Positions 1 to 9,245 of a stretch of 55,831 nt of DNA are shown here, piece after piece. The notes under the pieces are model-generated. The model did not search any database, had not been told where the DNA came from, and saw only the letters and a list, made by a program, of their open reading frames with translations. The DNA lies in the sequence record SRR22947727_1464, one strand, 5' to 3'. Numbering within the stretch: position 1 is the stretch's first letter; each line of letters opens with the position of its first letter. The translations under genes were made by a program, and so were the position numbers.

Positions 1-588
1 CTCAACCTGATCATGGGTGACATAGATCATGGTCGCGCCGATTTCCTTATGCAGCCTTGCGATCTCCACGCGCATCTCCACCCGCAATTCCGCATCGAGG
101 TTGGACAGGGGCTCATCAAACAAAAATACCTCTGGCCCGCGCACAATCGCCCGGCCGATCGACACCCGCTGCCGCTGCCCACCCGAGAGCGCGGCAGGCT
201 TGCGCTTGAGGTAGTCATCAAGTTTCAAAATCCGGCTGGCTTCGGCTACCTTTTGAGCAATTTCGGCCTTTGGATAGCCATTCATGCGCAGACCAAACCC
301 CATGTTTTCTTGCACAGTCATATGCGGATAGAGCGCATAGGTTTGAAATACCATCGCCACGCCGCGCCGCGCCGGATCTTCCCGGGTGACATCGCGCGCA
401 CCAATAGAAATGGCGCCGCCCGTGGTGTCCTCAAGCCCAGCCACCATCCGCAGCAGGGTGGATTTGCCGCAACCTGAAGGTCCGACGAAGACACAGAATT
501 CACCATCTTTGATCTCAAGATCAATTCCATGTATGACCTGAACTTCACCATATTTTTTGGTGATATTCGATAGAGTTACACCAGACAT
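1..588 (-). CDS. Sugar ABC transporter ATP-binding protein (MalK/UgpC family), truncated at the left window edge
   Basis: Not in the ORF track (no stop inside the window). Manual minus-strand translation from ATG 588 gives [53 protein letters not shown] (Walker A), then LSGGQRQRV and [10 protein letters not shown]. Confidence 0.95.
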   Translation of the reverse strand, partial: MSGVTLSNITKKYGEVQVIHGIDLEIKDGEFCVFVGPSGCGKSTLLRMVAGLEDTTGGAISIGARDVTREDPARRGVAMVFQTYALYPHMTVQENMGFGLRMNGYPKAEIAQKVAEASRILKLDDYLKRKPAALSGGQRQRVSIGRAIVRGPEVFLFDEPLSNLDAELRVEMRVEIARLHKEIGATMIYVTHDQVE

Positions 589-608
589 TTATCTCGTCTC
601 CCAATTGC

Positions 609-1394
609 TCAGCCCCATGTCGGAACTTGCCATAATTCTGCTTGGGCCCCAATGGAATTTGCGGTGTCGCGCAAATCGGGCCAATGTTTGTTCAAATCAT
701 CAATACAATATCGGTTGGTGGAGGTGGCGATGGACACGGCGCCGACAACCTGCTCTTGCCCAGTCAAAATCGGGCAGGCAATGGAAATGATTCCAAGTTC
801 ATGCTCTTCGCGGTCATAGGCCACACGCGCCTTGCGGATGGTTGCCAATTCCGCCGCCAGAGTTGTGCGATCCCGATGCGTATTGGGGGTATAGGCAACA
901 AAGGATTGTTCTTCTAATGCGCGATTTTGAGCGCGTTCCGACATGAAGGCCAGAATCACTTTCCCCACGCCCGTGCAATATCCCGGCGCTATTTTTCCGG
1001 CCTGCGCCAAAGTGTCGAATTTGTCAGTCACCCTGTATTTATCGACAAATAGCACATGGCCATTATCGATTTGTGCCAGGTGAATAGACTCACCAATCTT
1101 CTCGGCTAATGCCTCAATAAAAGGGCGGGCGACGGAGGCAAGGGAGCTATGCCGCCAAGCCGCGTGGGCCAAACGCACCAACCGCAGCCCCATGGAATAG
1201 GTTTGCCGTTCAGCATCAAAGGCCAGCATCCCCTGATTGGTCAGAGTTTGCACGAACCTGTAAAGCGTAGGCTTCGGAAAGGGGCTATTGGCCAAAAGCT
1301 CGGAAAACCGCACGGGGCGTTGAAACGACGCCACTTGATCCAAGACCTGCATCGCCTTGCCAACGGTTCCATCTGCATGTGGTGCGTCATACAT
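609..1394 (-). CDS. IclR family transcriptional regulator
   Basis: N-terminal HTH (PKPTLYRFVQTL) and IclR effector-domain motifs (CTGVGKVILAF, DREEHELGIISIACPI); divergent from the sugar operon. Confidence 0.93.
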   Translation of the reverse strand: MYDAPHADGTVGKAMQVLDQVASFQRPVRFSELLANSPFPKPTLYRFVQTLTNQGMLAFDAERQTYSMGLRLVRLAHAAWRHSSLASVARPFIEALAEKIGESIHLAQIDNGHVLFVDKYRVTDKFDTLAQAGKIAPGYCTGVGKVILAFMSERAQNRALEEQSFVAYTPNTHRDRTTLAAELATIRKARVAYDREEHELGIISIACPILTGQEQVVGAVSIATSTNRYCIDDLNKHWPDLRDTANSIGAQAELWQVPTWG

Positions 1395-1490
1395 TTTTAA
1401 ATGTCAGTCCCAATATTAGCCGAATTCGCTTCATTCCCAAGTCAGCGCAGGTACGAAACAAAGTTTCTGTCACAAACGCCGACGAATTTG

Positions 1491-1556
1491 TTGACAAGCA
1501 TAGGCGAGTCACGATTAGAATATCAATATATAAAACCGAGTTTCATTATTTGAAAC
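1491..1556 (+). promoter_or_regulatory. Candidate sigma70 promoter and tandem IclR-type operator upstream of the solute-binding protein gene
   Basis: TTGACA at 1491-1496, TAGAAT at 1516-1521 (19-bp spacer, suboptimal). Perfect inverted repeat GTTTCA-N5-TGAAAC at 1540-1556, with a degenerate copy at 1520-1536. Confidence 0.55.
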
Positions 1557-1587
1557 CAAAAAATGTGGAAACACCAGGGAGGATACC

Positions 1588-2841
1588 ATGCGTTCCATTT
1601 TAAAGGCGACAGCTGTGTCGCTCGCAACACTCGTTGCATTGGCCGGACCGGCAGCTGCAGAATTGACCGGCAATCTAAAGATCAATCTCGATACATCGAA
1701 CCCGGCGCCGCGCGCGACCATGGAGGCGATGATCTCTCGCTTTCAATCGTTGCATCCAGGGCTGAACATCACCACCACAGTGATTGATCGCGAAGCCTAT
1801 AAAACTCAGATCCGCAACTTCCTATCTGCGGATGCGCCAGATGTTTTAACATGGTATGCGGCAAACCGCATGAAACCCTATGTCGACGCAGGCCTCTTGG
1901 AAGATGTCTCTGACATGTGGAACGAGCCGGCCATTGCTGGCAGCCTGGCCTCCACCAAGGGCGCGATGACCATCGACGGCAAGCAATGGGGCGTTCCCTA
2001 CACCTATTATCAATGGGGTATTTATTACCGCAAAGATATCTATGAAGACCTGGGTCTGAATGAGCCAGCAGACTTCAATGAGATGCTATCCAACTGTGAA
2101 GCCATGATTGCTTCGGGCCGCAAATGCTATGCCATCGGTACGAAATGGCTTTGGACAGCCTCGGGTTGGTTTGATTATCTCAACATGCGGACCCATGGCT
2201 TTGACTTCCACATGCAAATGGCACGCGGCGAAATTGAATGGACCGATCCACGGGTTCGTGAGACCTTTGACAATTGGGGCAAATTGGTGCGCATGGGTGC
2301 CTTCATTGATGACCACCAAAACAAAGATTGGCAACAGTCCCTGCCCTTCGTGGTGAATGGTGAGGCCGGTGCCATCTTGAAGGGCAACTTCGCCGTAGCG
2401 CCGCTGCGCGATGCTGGTCTGACAGATGATCAGCTGGACTTCCATCAGTTCCCTGCCATCACCCCAGGTGTGGCAATGGCAGAAGATGCACCAACGGATA
2501 CATTCCATATCGCAGCCAATGCTCAAAACAAAGACAACGCACGTGCATTCCTGCGCTATCTCGTGTCGCCTGCAGAGCAAACGATCATCAACAATGGCGC
2601 CAATCTTGGCCAGTTGCCAGTCAACTCAGCCGCCGCCATCGACGATGACAAATTCCTGAACGAAGGCTTCACCATGCTGTCGACCAATAGCCCCGGCGGC
2701 GTGGCACAGTTCTTTGACCGCGACTTCCCCGCAGAAATGGCCAAAGCCGCCATGGAAGGTATGCAGGAGTTCATGGTATTCCCAGACAACTTGGATGATA
2801 TCCTTGAGCGTTTGGAATCCGTACGTCAGGACGTGTACTAA
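1588..2841 (+). CDS. Sugar ABC transporter substrate-binding protein (CUT1 family)
   Basis: Signal peptide ending PAAA, GKQWGVPY motif, GGAGG RBS, followed by two permeases. Confidence 0.93.
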   Translation: MRSILKATAVSLATLVALAGPAAAELTGNLKINLDTSNPAPRATMEAMISRFQSLHPGLNITTTVIDREAYKTQIRNFLSADAPDVLTWYAANRMKPYVDAGLLEDVSDMWNEPAIAGSLASTKGAMTIDGKQWGVPYTYYQWGIYYRKDIYEDLGLNEPADFNEMLSNCEAMIASGRKCYAIGTKWLWTASGWFDYLNMRTHGFDFHMQMARGEIEWTDPRVRETFDNWGKLVRMGAFIDDHQNKDWQQSLPFVVNGEAGAILKGNFAVAPLRDAGLTDDQLDFHQFPAITPGVAMAEDAPTDTFHIAANAQNKDNARAFLRYLVSPAEQTIINNGANLGQLPVNSAAAIDDDKFLNEGFTMLSTNSPGGVAQFFDRDFPAEMAKAAMEGMQEFMVFPDNLDDILERLESVRQDVY

Positions 2842-2915
2842 GACGCATCGCTGGACCCAAGCGTCCAGCGGCGTTTTAATTTAATCATGGGATGCACGGA
2901 GCGCTGTGCATCCCA
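2842..2915 (+). terminator. Two intergenic stem-loops after the SBP gene (partial terminator / mRNA stabiliser)
   Basis: CGCTGGAC-ccaagc-GTCCAGCG (2849-2870) followed by a T-rich run; TGGGATGCAC-N8-GTGCATCCCA (2888-2915). Confidence 0.6.
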
Positions 2916-2996
2916 ACTCACCATCAGCAGTGATAAGCGCCAAAGCGACGTTTCTCTGTGCTGATCTTGACCTTCACAACTCGCGGAGGCGCCCGC

Positions 2997-3941
2997 ATGG
3001 CCATAACAACCCAACCGATCCCCCCGCTGGCCAAGCAGAGCTGGTACAGACGCAATGAGATTGCGGTGACGCCATGGCTGTTTTTGGTGCCAGGGTTGAT
3101 CATGTTCGCAGTCTATGTGATTTTCCCAATCTTCCAGAGCTTTCGGATCTCACTGTATAAATGGGATGGATTGGGCACGCTGGCCACCCATGCGGATTAT
3201 GTTGGCCTGGCCAATTTTGAGAAACTTCTCACCCGAGACCGAGCCTTTAACACCTCGCTTTGGAACAACCTGAAGTGGTTGATTTTTTACCTCGCGGCCA
3301 TTCCGGCTGGCCTGTTCATTGCGCTATTTCTCAATCAAACCGTGCGCGGAATTCGCCTGTATAAATCTCTGTTTTTCTTTCCCTTTGTCATCTCACAAAT
3401 TGTTGTGGGCCTGGTGTTTACCTGGTTTTATGATCCACAATATGGGCTGTTCAATGGCATCATTGGTTTCATTGGTTTTGAGCCGATCAATGTGTTGGGT
3501 GACCCCACACTCTCGACCTATGGAATCATCGCTGCCGGAATATGGCCACAAACTGCCTATTGTATGATCCTCTATCTCACAGGGTTAAACTCCGTGGATC
3601 CTGAGCAAATCGAAGCGGCACGGCTGGATGGGGCCAAGGGGCTGCGGATGCTTTGGCATGTCATTCTTCCGCAATTGCGCCCCGCGACCTTCATTGCCTT
3701 TGTGGTGACCGTAATAGGCTCGCTGCGGTCTTTTGACCTGATCTCAATCATGACCAACGGCGGCCCCTTCGGCTCATCCCGTGTTTTAAGCTTTTACATG
3801 TTCGAGAAGTCCCTATCTGAATATGGGTTCAAAATGGGATATGGTGCCGCGATTGCCGTCATTTTGTTTTTGATCATGATGGTCTTCATTGGGTATTTCC
3901 TCTGGCGCATGTACCAAGATGAGAAAGCCGCAAGCCGATGA
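2997..3941 (+). CDS. Sugar ABC transporter permease (MalF-like)
   Basis: Multiple TM helices, EAA loop EAARLDGA; start set at ATG 2997 after GGAGG. Confidence 0.93.
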   Translation: MAITTQPIPPLAKQSWYRRNEIAVTPWLFLVPGLIMFAVYVIFPIFQSFRISLYKWDGLGTLATHADYVGLANFEKLLTRDRAFNTSLWNNLKWLIFYLAAIPAGLFIALFLNQTVRGIRLYKSLFFFPFVISQIVVGLVFTWFYDPQYGLFNGIIGFIGFEPINVLGDPTLSTYGIIAAGIWPQTAYCMILYLTGLNSVDPEQIEAARLDGAKGLRMLWHVILPQLRPATFIAFVVTVIGSLRSFDLISIMTNGGPFGSSRVLSFYMFEKSLSEYGFKMGYGAAIAVILFLIMMVFIGYFLWRMYQDEKAASR

Positions 3942-3972
3942 GCCGTAACAGCCCATTTTGGAGCCCTCGCTG

Positions 3973-4818
3973 ATGTTTCCCAAACCGATCGAAAAATTTC
4001 ACCGCGCCTGGCAGATTGGATATCAAGCCCTCTTGCCCATCGCGATGCTTTTGTGGCTGGCACCGCTCCTCGCGGTGGCCCTATTCTCGATCCGCCCGGA
4101 CTCTGATTTCTCCATCGGCAATTATTGGGGCTGGCCGACATCCTTTGAGATGATCGAAAACTACATGATGGTCTTCACCTCTTCCATGCCGCGCTACATC
4201 ATGAATTCCTTTTTCATCACCATCCCAACGGTGATTGGAGCGGTCGCGCTCAGCTGTATGACCGGCTTCGCACTGGGCGTTTACAAATTCCGCGGCAATT
4301 TGCTGATCTTCTTCATGTTCATTGCCGGCAATTTCGTGCCCTTTCAAATCCTCATGGTGCCCGTGCGCGACCTGACCCTTGATATGGGGTTGTATAATAC
4401 CAAGACCGGGCTCGTCTTGTTTCACATCGCGTTTCAAACTGGATTTTGCACTCTTTTTATGCGCAATTTCATCAAGGCCTTGCCCTATGAGCTGATCGAA
4501 GCGGCCCGGGTTGAAGGGATCGCGGAATGGCGGATATTTTGGTTTGTGGTCCTGCCGCTCATGAAACCTGCGATTGCGGCGCTGTCGGTTTTGATCTTTA
4601 CCTTCATCTGGAATGATTATTTCTGGGCCATTGTGCTGACCCAGGGCGAAAATGCCCAGCCTGTGACCGCTGGGATCACCAGCTTTAACGCGCAGTTTCG
4701 CGCCATGTATCACCTGATGAGCGCCGGCTCGATTGTTGCAGCGCTGCCGCCTGTCTTGATGTTCTTCCTCATGCAGAAACATTTCATTGCCGGCCTAACC
4801 CTTGGCGCGGTCAAGTAA
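3973..4818 (+). CDS. Sugar ABC transporter permease (MalG-like)
   Basis: TM helices, EAARVEG loop, WNDYFW motif, C-terminal QKHFIAGLTLGAVK. Confidence 0.93.
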   Translation: MFPKPIEKFHRAWQIGYQALLPIAMLLWLAPLLAVALFSIRPDSDFSIGNYWGWPTSFEMIENYMMVFTSSMPRYIMNSFFITIPTVIGAVALSCMTGFALGVYKFRGNLLIFFMFIAGNFVPFQILMVPVRDLTLDMGLYNTKTGLVLFHIAFQTGFCTLFMRNFIKALPYELIEAARVEGIAEWRIFWFVVLPLMKPAIAALSVLIFTFIWNDYFWAIVLTQGENAQPVTAGITSFNAQFRAMYHLMSAGSIVAALPPVLMFFLMQKHFIAGLTLGAVK

Positions 4819-4847
4819 CCCATACCCTAGCCGCCAAGGAGCACGCT

Positions 4848-6932
4848 ATGTCACAGTTTTGGCGCTTAGATGGGCCCCTTCAAACCTTAATTCTTGCGGC
4901 GCAGCAGGAGCGGCTGCCGCAGGTCATCTATTGGGGGCCACCCCTGCCCACATCCGACGATTGCGCCACGCTCGCCGCCGCCCATACAATGGATGTCACG
5001 GGCGGTATGCTCGATGCGAACCCAGAGCTGTCCATCTGCCCCGAATCCAGCCAATCCTTTCCCGGTCAACCGGGTCTCATGTGCCGCGATGCGCAGGGGC
5101 GCGTGCTGCGCCCAAAGTTTCGCTTTGTGAAGGACCTGGCGAAAGAGCACAGCCTATGTCTCACCTATGCAGACAAAGATTTGGGCCTGACCTATGAGGC
5201 GCATTTTGAACTGACAGCCAGCTCAAACATACTCACCTGCTGGAGCCGCTTGGAGGCGACGCAGCCGCTCATGCTGCATTGGCTGGCCGCCCCAGTGTTT
5301 CCCGCGCCACAGTTAAGTGATTCCATGATGAGCTTTTCCGGGCGTTGGATCGGCGAATTTCAAACCCACTCAATCCCTTGGCGCCCCGGCATTCACAAGC
5401 GCGAGAGCCGCACAGGCCGCAGCGGGCATGAACATTTCCCCGGCCTCATCCTCCCCGAGATTGGCGCGCGCAACACAATCGGCCGGGCCTATGGGTTTCA
5501 CTATGGCTGGTCAGGTGGGCATCAAATGATCGCCGAAGAGCTGCCCGATGGGCGCCGGCAAATCCAATTTGGTCATGCCTGTGACAGCCACAACGGCCCA
5601 GCCCAGAGTTTTGAAACTGCGAAACTCTATGCTGTGTTTTCCGACAGGGGGATCAATGGCTGTGGGACAGGTTTTCAAAGGCACCTGCGCGATCATATCC
5701 TAACCTTCCCGAAAGCCTCCCTGCCGCGTCCGGTACATTATAATTGCTGGGAAGCCATTTATTTTGACCATGATTTAAGCAGCCTAAAGGACATCGCAAC
5801 CCGCGCCAAAGATCTGGGTGCCGAGCGGTTTGTTCTCGATGACGGCTGGTTTGGTCGCCGCGATGATGACAACTCCTCCCTTGGCGATTGGCAGATTGAT
5901 CCGCGCAAATATCCGAGCGGTTTGGATCCGCTGATCGATCATATCACATCTCTGGGCCTGCAATTCGGTCTTTGGGTTGAGCCGGAAATGGTGAACCCCG
6001 ACAGCAACCTTTATCGCGCCCATCCCGATTGGATTCTCGGACCGAAAGACCAACTGCTTGGGCGCCAACAACTGGTGCTCGACATGGCACGCGATGAGGT
6101 CACAGCCTATCTGTATGACTGCATCTCCGCCCTGATAGAGACCTATGACGTTGGCTATTTGAAATGGGATCACAACCGGACCTTGCCCCTGTCCGATGTG
6201 ACCCAAACCGAAGGCACCTATGCGCTTTTGGCCCGCTTGCGCGCCGCCTTTCCCCATGTGGAGATTGAAAGCTGCGCCTCTGGCGGCGGGCGCATTGATT
6301 TTGGCATATTGCAGCACTGCCAGCGGGTCTGGCTGTCAGACAGCAATGACGCGCTCGAACGCAGCCGCATTCAACATGGCGCAGCGTTGTTTTTGCCCGC
6401 CCTCGTAACCGGCAGCCACGTTGGTCCACGCCTGTGTCACACCTCGGGCCGCGTGTTTGACATGCGATACCGCGCTTGGGTCGCCGCACAAAGGCATATG
6501 GGCTTTGAAATGGACCCGCGCGAGCTGGACGCACAAGAGGCGCAGATCCTCACCGAGGTGACCCAATGGTACAAAGACAACCGAGACTGGCTGGCCACAG
6601 CGGATATCCTACGCTTGGATACCGCCGATCCCTCGGTTCTGGCAGAGATGCAGCGCGCAGCGGATGGGTCGCGCTTTGTGGTGTTTTCCAATCAACTGGA
6701 CAGCGCGCAACACATTCTGCCCCGCCCGCTTTGCTTAACCGAGCTTGACCCGAAAGCCCAATACAGGCTGCATCTGCGCAACCGCGATGAGGCGACGAGC
6801 CTATCACGCGGGGCGCCCCTGCTCAAATCCCAAGACCTGCAAGCCTCTGGAGCTTGGTTGATGGCCCATGGGGTGCAGTTGCCCTATGCCATGCCTGGCT
6901 CAATATGGGTTGTTGAAGGCCGAAAACTCTGA
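4848..6932 (+). CDS. Alpha-galactosidase, GH36 family
   Basis: GH36 motifs NCWEA, FVLDDGWFG, FGLWVEPEMV, YLKWDHNR, ESCASGGGR. Confidence 0.95.
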   Translation: MSQFWRLDGPLQTLILAAQQERLPQVIYWGPPLPTSDDCATLAAAHTMDVTGGMLDANPELSICPESSQSFPGQPGLMCRDAQGRVLRPKFRFVKDLAKEHSLCLTYADKDLGLTYEAHFELTASSNILTCWSRLEATQPLMLHWLAAPVFPAPQLSDSMMSFSGRWIGEFQTHSIPWRPGIHKRESRTGRSGHEHFPGLILPEIGARNTIGRAYGFHYGWSGGHQMIAEELPDGRRQIQFGHACDSHNGPAQSFETAKLYAVFSDRGINGCGTGFQRHLRDHILTFPKASLPRPVHYNCWEAIYFDHDLSSLKDIATRAKDLGAERFVLDDGWFGRRDDDNSSLGDWQIDPRKYPSGLDPLIDHITSLGLQFGLWVEPEMVNPDSNLYRAHPDWILGPKDQLLGRQQLVLDMARDEVTAYLYDCISALIETYDVGYLKWDHNRTLPLSDVTQTEGTYALLARLRAAFPHVEIESCASGGGRIDFGILQHCQRVWLSDSNDALERSRIQHGAALFLPALVTGSHVGPRLCHTSGRVFDMRYRAWVAAQRHMGFEMDPRELDAQEAQILTEVTQWYKDNRDWLATADILRLDTADPSVLAEMQRAADGSRFVVFSNQLDSAQHILPRPLCLTELDPKAQYRLHLRNRDEATSLSRGAPLLKSQDLQASGAWLMAHGVQLPYAMPGSIWVVEGRKL

Positions 6933-6976
6933 CTTTATTCTCACAAGACACAAATACCGCTGCAAGGAGACCCATC

Positions 6977-7744
6977 ATGCCCAGCGCCCAATATAGCGAT
7001 CTCAAAGAGGCCTCCGTCTATATCACCGGCGGTGGCTCTGGCATCGGCGCGGCCATCACTGAAGGCTTTGTCGCCCAGGGCGCCAAGGTGGCCTTTATCG
7101 GAAGATCCGACGCCACGGCTTTCGCCAATGATCTGGCTGAAAAATACGGCAACCCGCCGCTATTTATTCAAGGTGACATCACCGACACCGGCGCGCTCAA
7201 AGCTAGCATGGCGCAGGCCAAAGACGCGCATGGTCCGATCACCTGCCTGATCAACAATGCGGCCAATGATGAGCGGCATAGAACGCAGGACGTCACTGAA
7301 GACTTCTGGGATTGGATGGTGCAAATCAATCTCAAGGCCTACTTCTTTGCCTGCCAAACGGCCCTGCCGCAGATGCAAGCGGCCGGCTTTGGCTCGATCA
7401 TCAATTTCAGCTCGATCAGCTATATGATGGGAAATGCGGGCTATCCGATCTACACCGCCTGCAATTCCGCCATCAACGGCATGACCCGCAGTCTCGCACG
7501 CGAATTTGGACCCGATCGAATTCGCGTTAATGCCTTGGCACCGGGCTGGGTGCTGACGCAAAAGCAAAAAGATCTCTGGGTCACAGAAGAAGGTTTGGCG
7601 GCCCATGTGGCAAGGCAATGCCTCAAAGAGACTTTGGAGCCAGAGGATATCGTTGGCGGATGCCTGTTTCTGGCCTCTCAATCCTCGAAAATGATGACCG
7701 GCCAAGCCTTGGTCATAGATGGCGGCGTGGTCACCACAGGATGA
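6977..7744 (+). CDS. SDR family sugar dehydrogenase (candidate D-galactose 1-dehydrogenase, XylB/GalD-like)
   Basis: TGGGSGIG Rossmann motif, NNAAND; lies directly before dgoK. The catalytic motif is atypical (YTACN). Confidence 0.8.
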   Translation: MPSAQYSDLKEASVYITGGGSGIGAAITEGFVAQGAKVAFIGRSDATAFANDLAEKYGNPPLFIQGDITDTGALKASMAQAKDAHGPITCLINNAANDERHRTQDVTEDFWDWMVQINLKAYFFACQTALPQMQAAGFGSIINFSSISYMMGNAGYPIYTACNSAINGMTRSLAREFGPDRIRVNALAPGWVLTQKQKDLWVTEEGLAAHVARQCLKETLEPEDIVGGCLFLASQSSKMMTGQALVIDGGVVTTG

Positions 7745-8646
7745 CTATTGCAGCCGATTGGATCGCCGTGGATTGGGGCACAAGCACACTGCGGGCTTGG
7801 GCGATGAGCCATGATGGGCAGGATCTGGCCACCGCCTCAAGCGCGGATGGCATAGGGCAATTGACCTCAGAAGAGTTTGAACCGGCGCTGTTGCGGCTGA
7901 TCGAGACTTGGCTTGCAGAAGACACGCCGACCTCGGTTATCGCCTGCGGCATGGTCGGCGCCAAACAAGGCTGGATCGAAGCCCCCTACGCGGCCACCCC
8001 CTGCCAGCCGCAATCACGCTTCACGGCGGCTCCAACCCGAGATCCGAGGCTAGATGTGCAAATCATCGCCGGTGTCAGCCAATCCGAACCTGCCGATGTC
8101 ATGCGCGGGGAAGAAACGCAAATTGCCGGGTTTCAGCGCCTGAATCCCAAATGGGATGGGGTTATTTGCCTGCCTGGCACCCATACCAAATGGGTGCAAA
8201 TGAGTGCGGGCGAGATCGTGAGCTTTCAAACCTTCATGACCGGCGAGATTTTCGCCCTTCTCTCCACCTCCTCGGTTCTGCGCCATTCTGTGAGCGGCGA
8301 GACTTGGGAGGATGACGCCTTCCTGACAGCTGTGGACGAGGCCATGTCGCGTCCAGAAGCCTTAGCCGCGCGGCTATTTGGGATCAGGGCCCAGGATCTT
8401 CTCCATCATCTGCCCCCCGCCTCCGCCCGCGCGCGCCTATCTGGCCTCTTGGTCGGCGCGGAATTGGCCGCTGCGAAACCCTATTGGATTGGGCAATCCA
8501 TTGCCATGATTGGCGCACAAGAGCTCTGCGATGGCTATGCAGCCGCGCTTGTAGCGCAGCACGTGCCGGTAACCCGCACCGATGCCAGCAAAATGACCCT
8601 CGCCGGTCTCAAAGCAGCCTATGCCACTTGGAAGGAAACCCAATGA
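7741..8646 (+). CDS. dgoK: 2-dehydro-3-deoxygalactonokinase
   Basis: AVDWGTS, GMVGAKQGW, DVMRGEETQ, LPGTHTKW, TFMTGE motifs; ATG 7741 overlaps the SDR stop (ATGA). Confidence 0.95.
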   Translation: MTIAADWIAVDWGTSTLRAWAMSHDGQDLATASSADGIGQLTSEEFEPALLRLIETWLAEDTPTSVIACGMVGAKQGWIEAPYAATPCQPQSRFTAAPTRDPRLDVQIIAGVSQSEPADVMRGEETQIAGFQRLNPKWDGVICLPGTHTKWVQMSAGEIVSFQTFMTGEIFALLSTSSVLRHSVSGETWEDDAFLTAVDEAMSRPEALAARLFGIRAQDLLHHLPPASARARLSGLLVGAELAAAKPYWIGQSIAMIGAQELCDGYAAALVAQHVPVTRTDASKMTLAGLKAAYATWKETQ

Positions 8647-9245
8647 CCCGTCCTATTATCGCCATTCTGCGCGGGGTGACGCCAGAGGAGGTCTTGGCGG
8701 TTGCCGATGCCATTTTGCAAGCGGGTATTGAAAAAATCGAAGTGCCGCTGAACTCTCCCTCGCCCTTAGACAGTATCGAAGCTCTGGCGAAGGCCTATGA
8801 CGATCAGGCCTTGATTGGTGCCGGAACGGTGCTGACACCGCAAGAGGTCGCGCAGGTGCATCAGGCCGGGGGCCGTTTGGTGGTGTCGCCAAATTGCGAT
8901 GTTGAGGTCATAAGGGCCACGACCGCCGCTGGTCTAGAAAGTTGGCCCGGAATCTTTACCCCAAGTGAGGCCTTAACAGCCCTCAAAGCGGGGGCAACGG
9001 GCTTGAAACTATTTCCCGGCGACATGGCGCAGCCGCGCGGTCTAAAGGCGATGCGCGCTATTTTGCCAGCCGGGACGCAGGTCTATGCGGTGGGCGGCGC
9101 TCAGCCAGATAATTTCGCCGATTGGATTGCCGCCAGCGCTGATGGCTTCGGCCTTGGCTCGGCCATTTACAAACCCGGCGACACGCCACAGAGCGTTAAA
9201 CAAAAGGCGCGCGCCATTGTGGCCGCATTCGATGCCGCATGGTAA
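8643..9245 (+). CDS. dgoA: 2-dehydro-3-deoxy-6-phosphogalactonate aldolase
   Basis: IIAILRG, IEVPLNSP, GAGTV, LKLFP motifs; overlaps the dgoK stop. Confidence 0.95.
   Translation: MTRPIIAILRGVTPEEVLAVADAILQAGIEKIEVPLNSPSPLDSIEALAKAYDDQALIGAGTVLTPQEVAQVHQAGGRLVVSPNCDVEVIRATTAAGLESWPGIFTPSEALTALKAGATGLKLFPGDMAQPRGLKAMRAILPAGTQVYAVGGAQPDNFADWIAASADGFGLGSAIYKPGDTPQSVKQKARAIVAAFDAAW

Noticed and set aside
13..477. 154-aa plus-strand ORF
   Set aside because: Antisense shadow of the minus-strand ABC ATPase, which carries all canonical motifs.
7618..7740. N-terminal extensions in the ORF track (e.g. dgoK from 7618, dgoA from 8484, glcD from 35218, HIT from 50032)
   Set aside because: They overlap neighbouring genes or promoters and lack an RBS; downstream starts match family N-termini and stop/start coupling.
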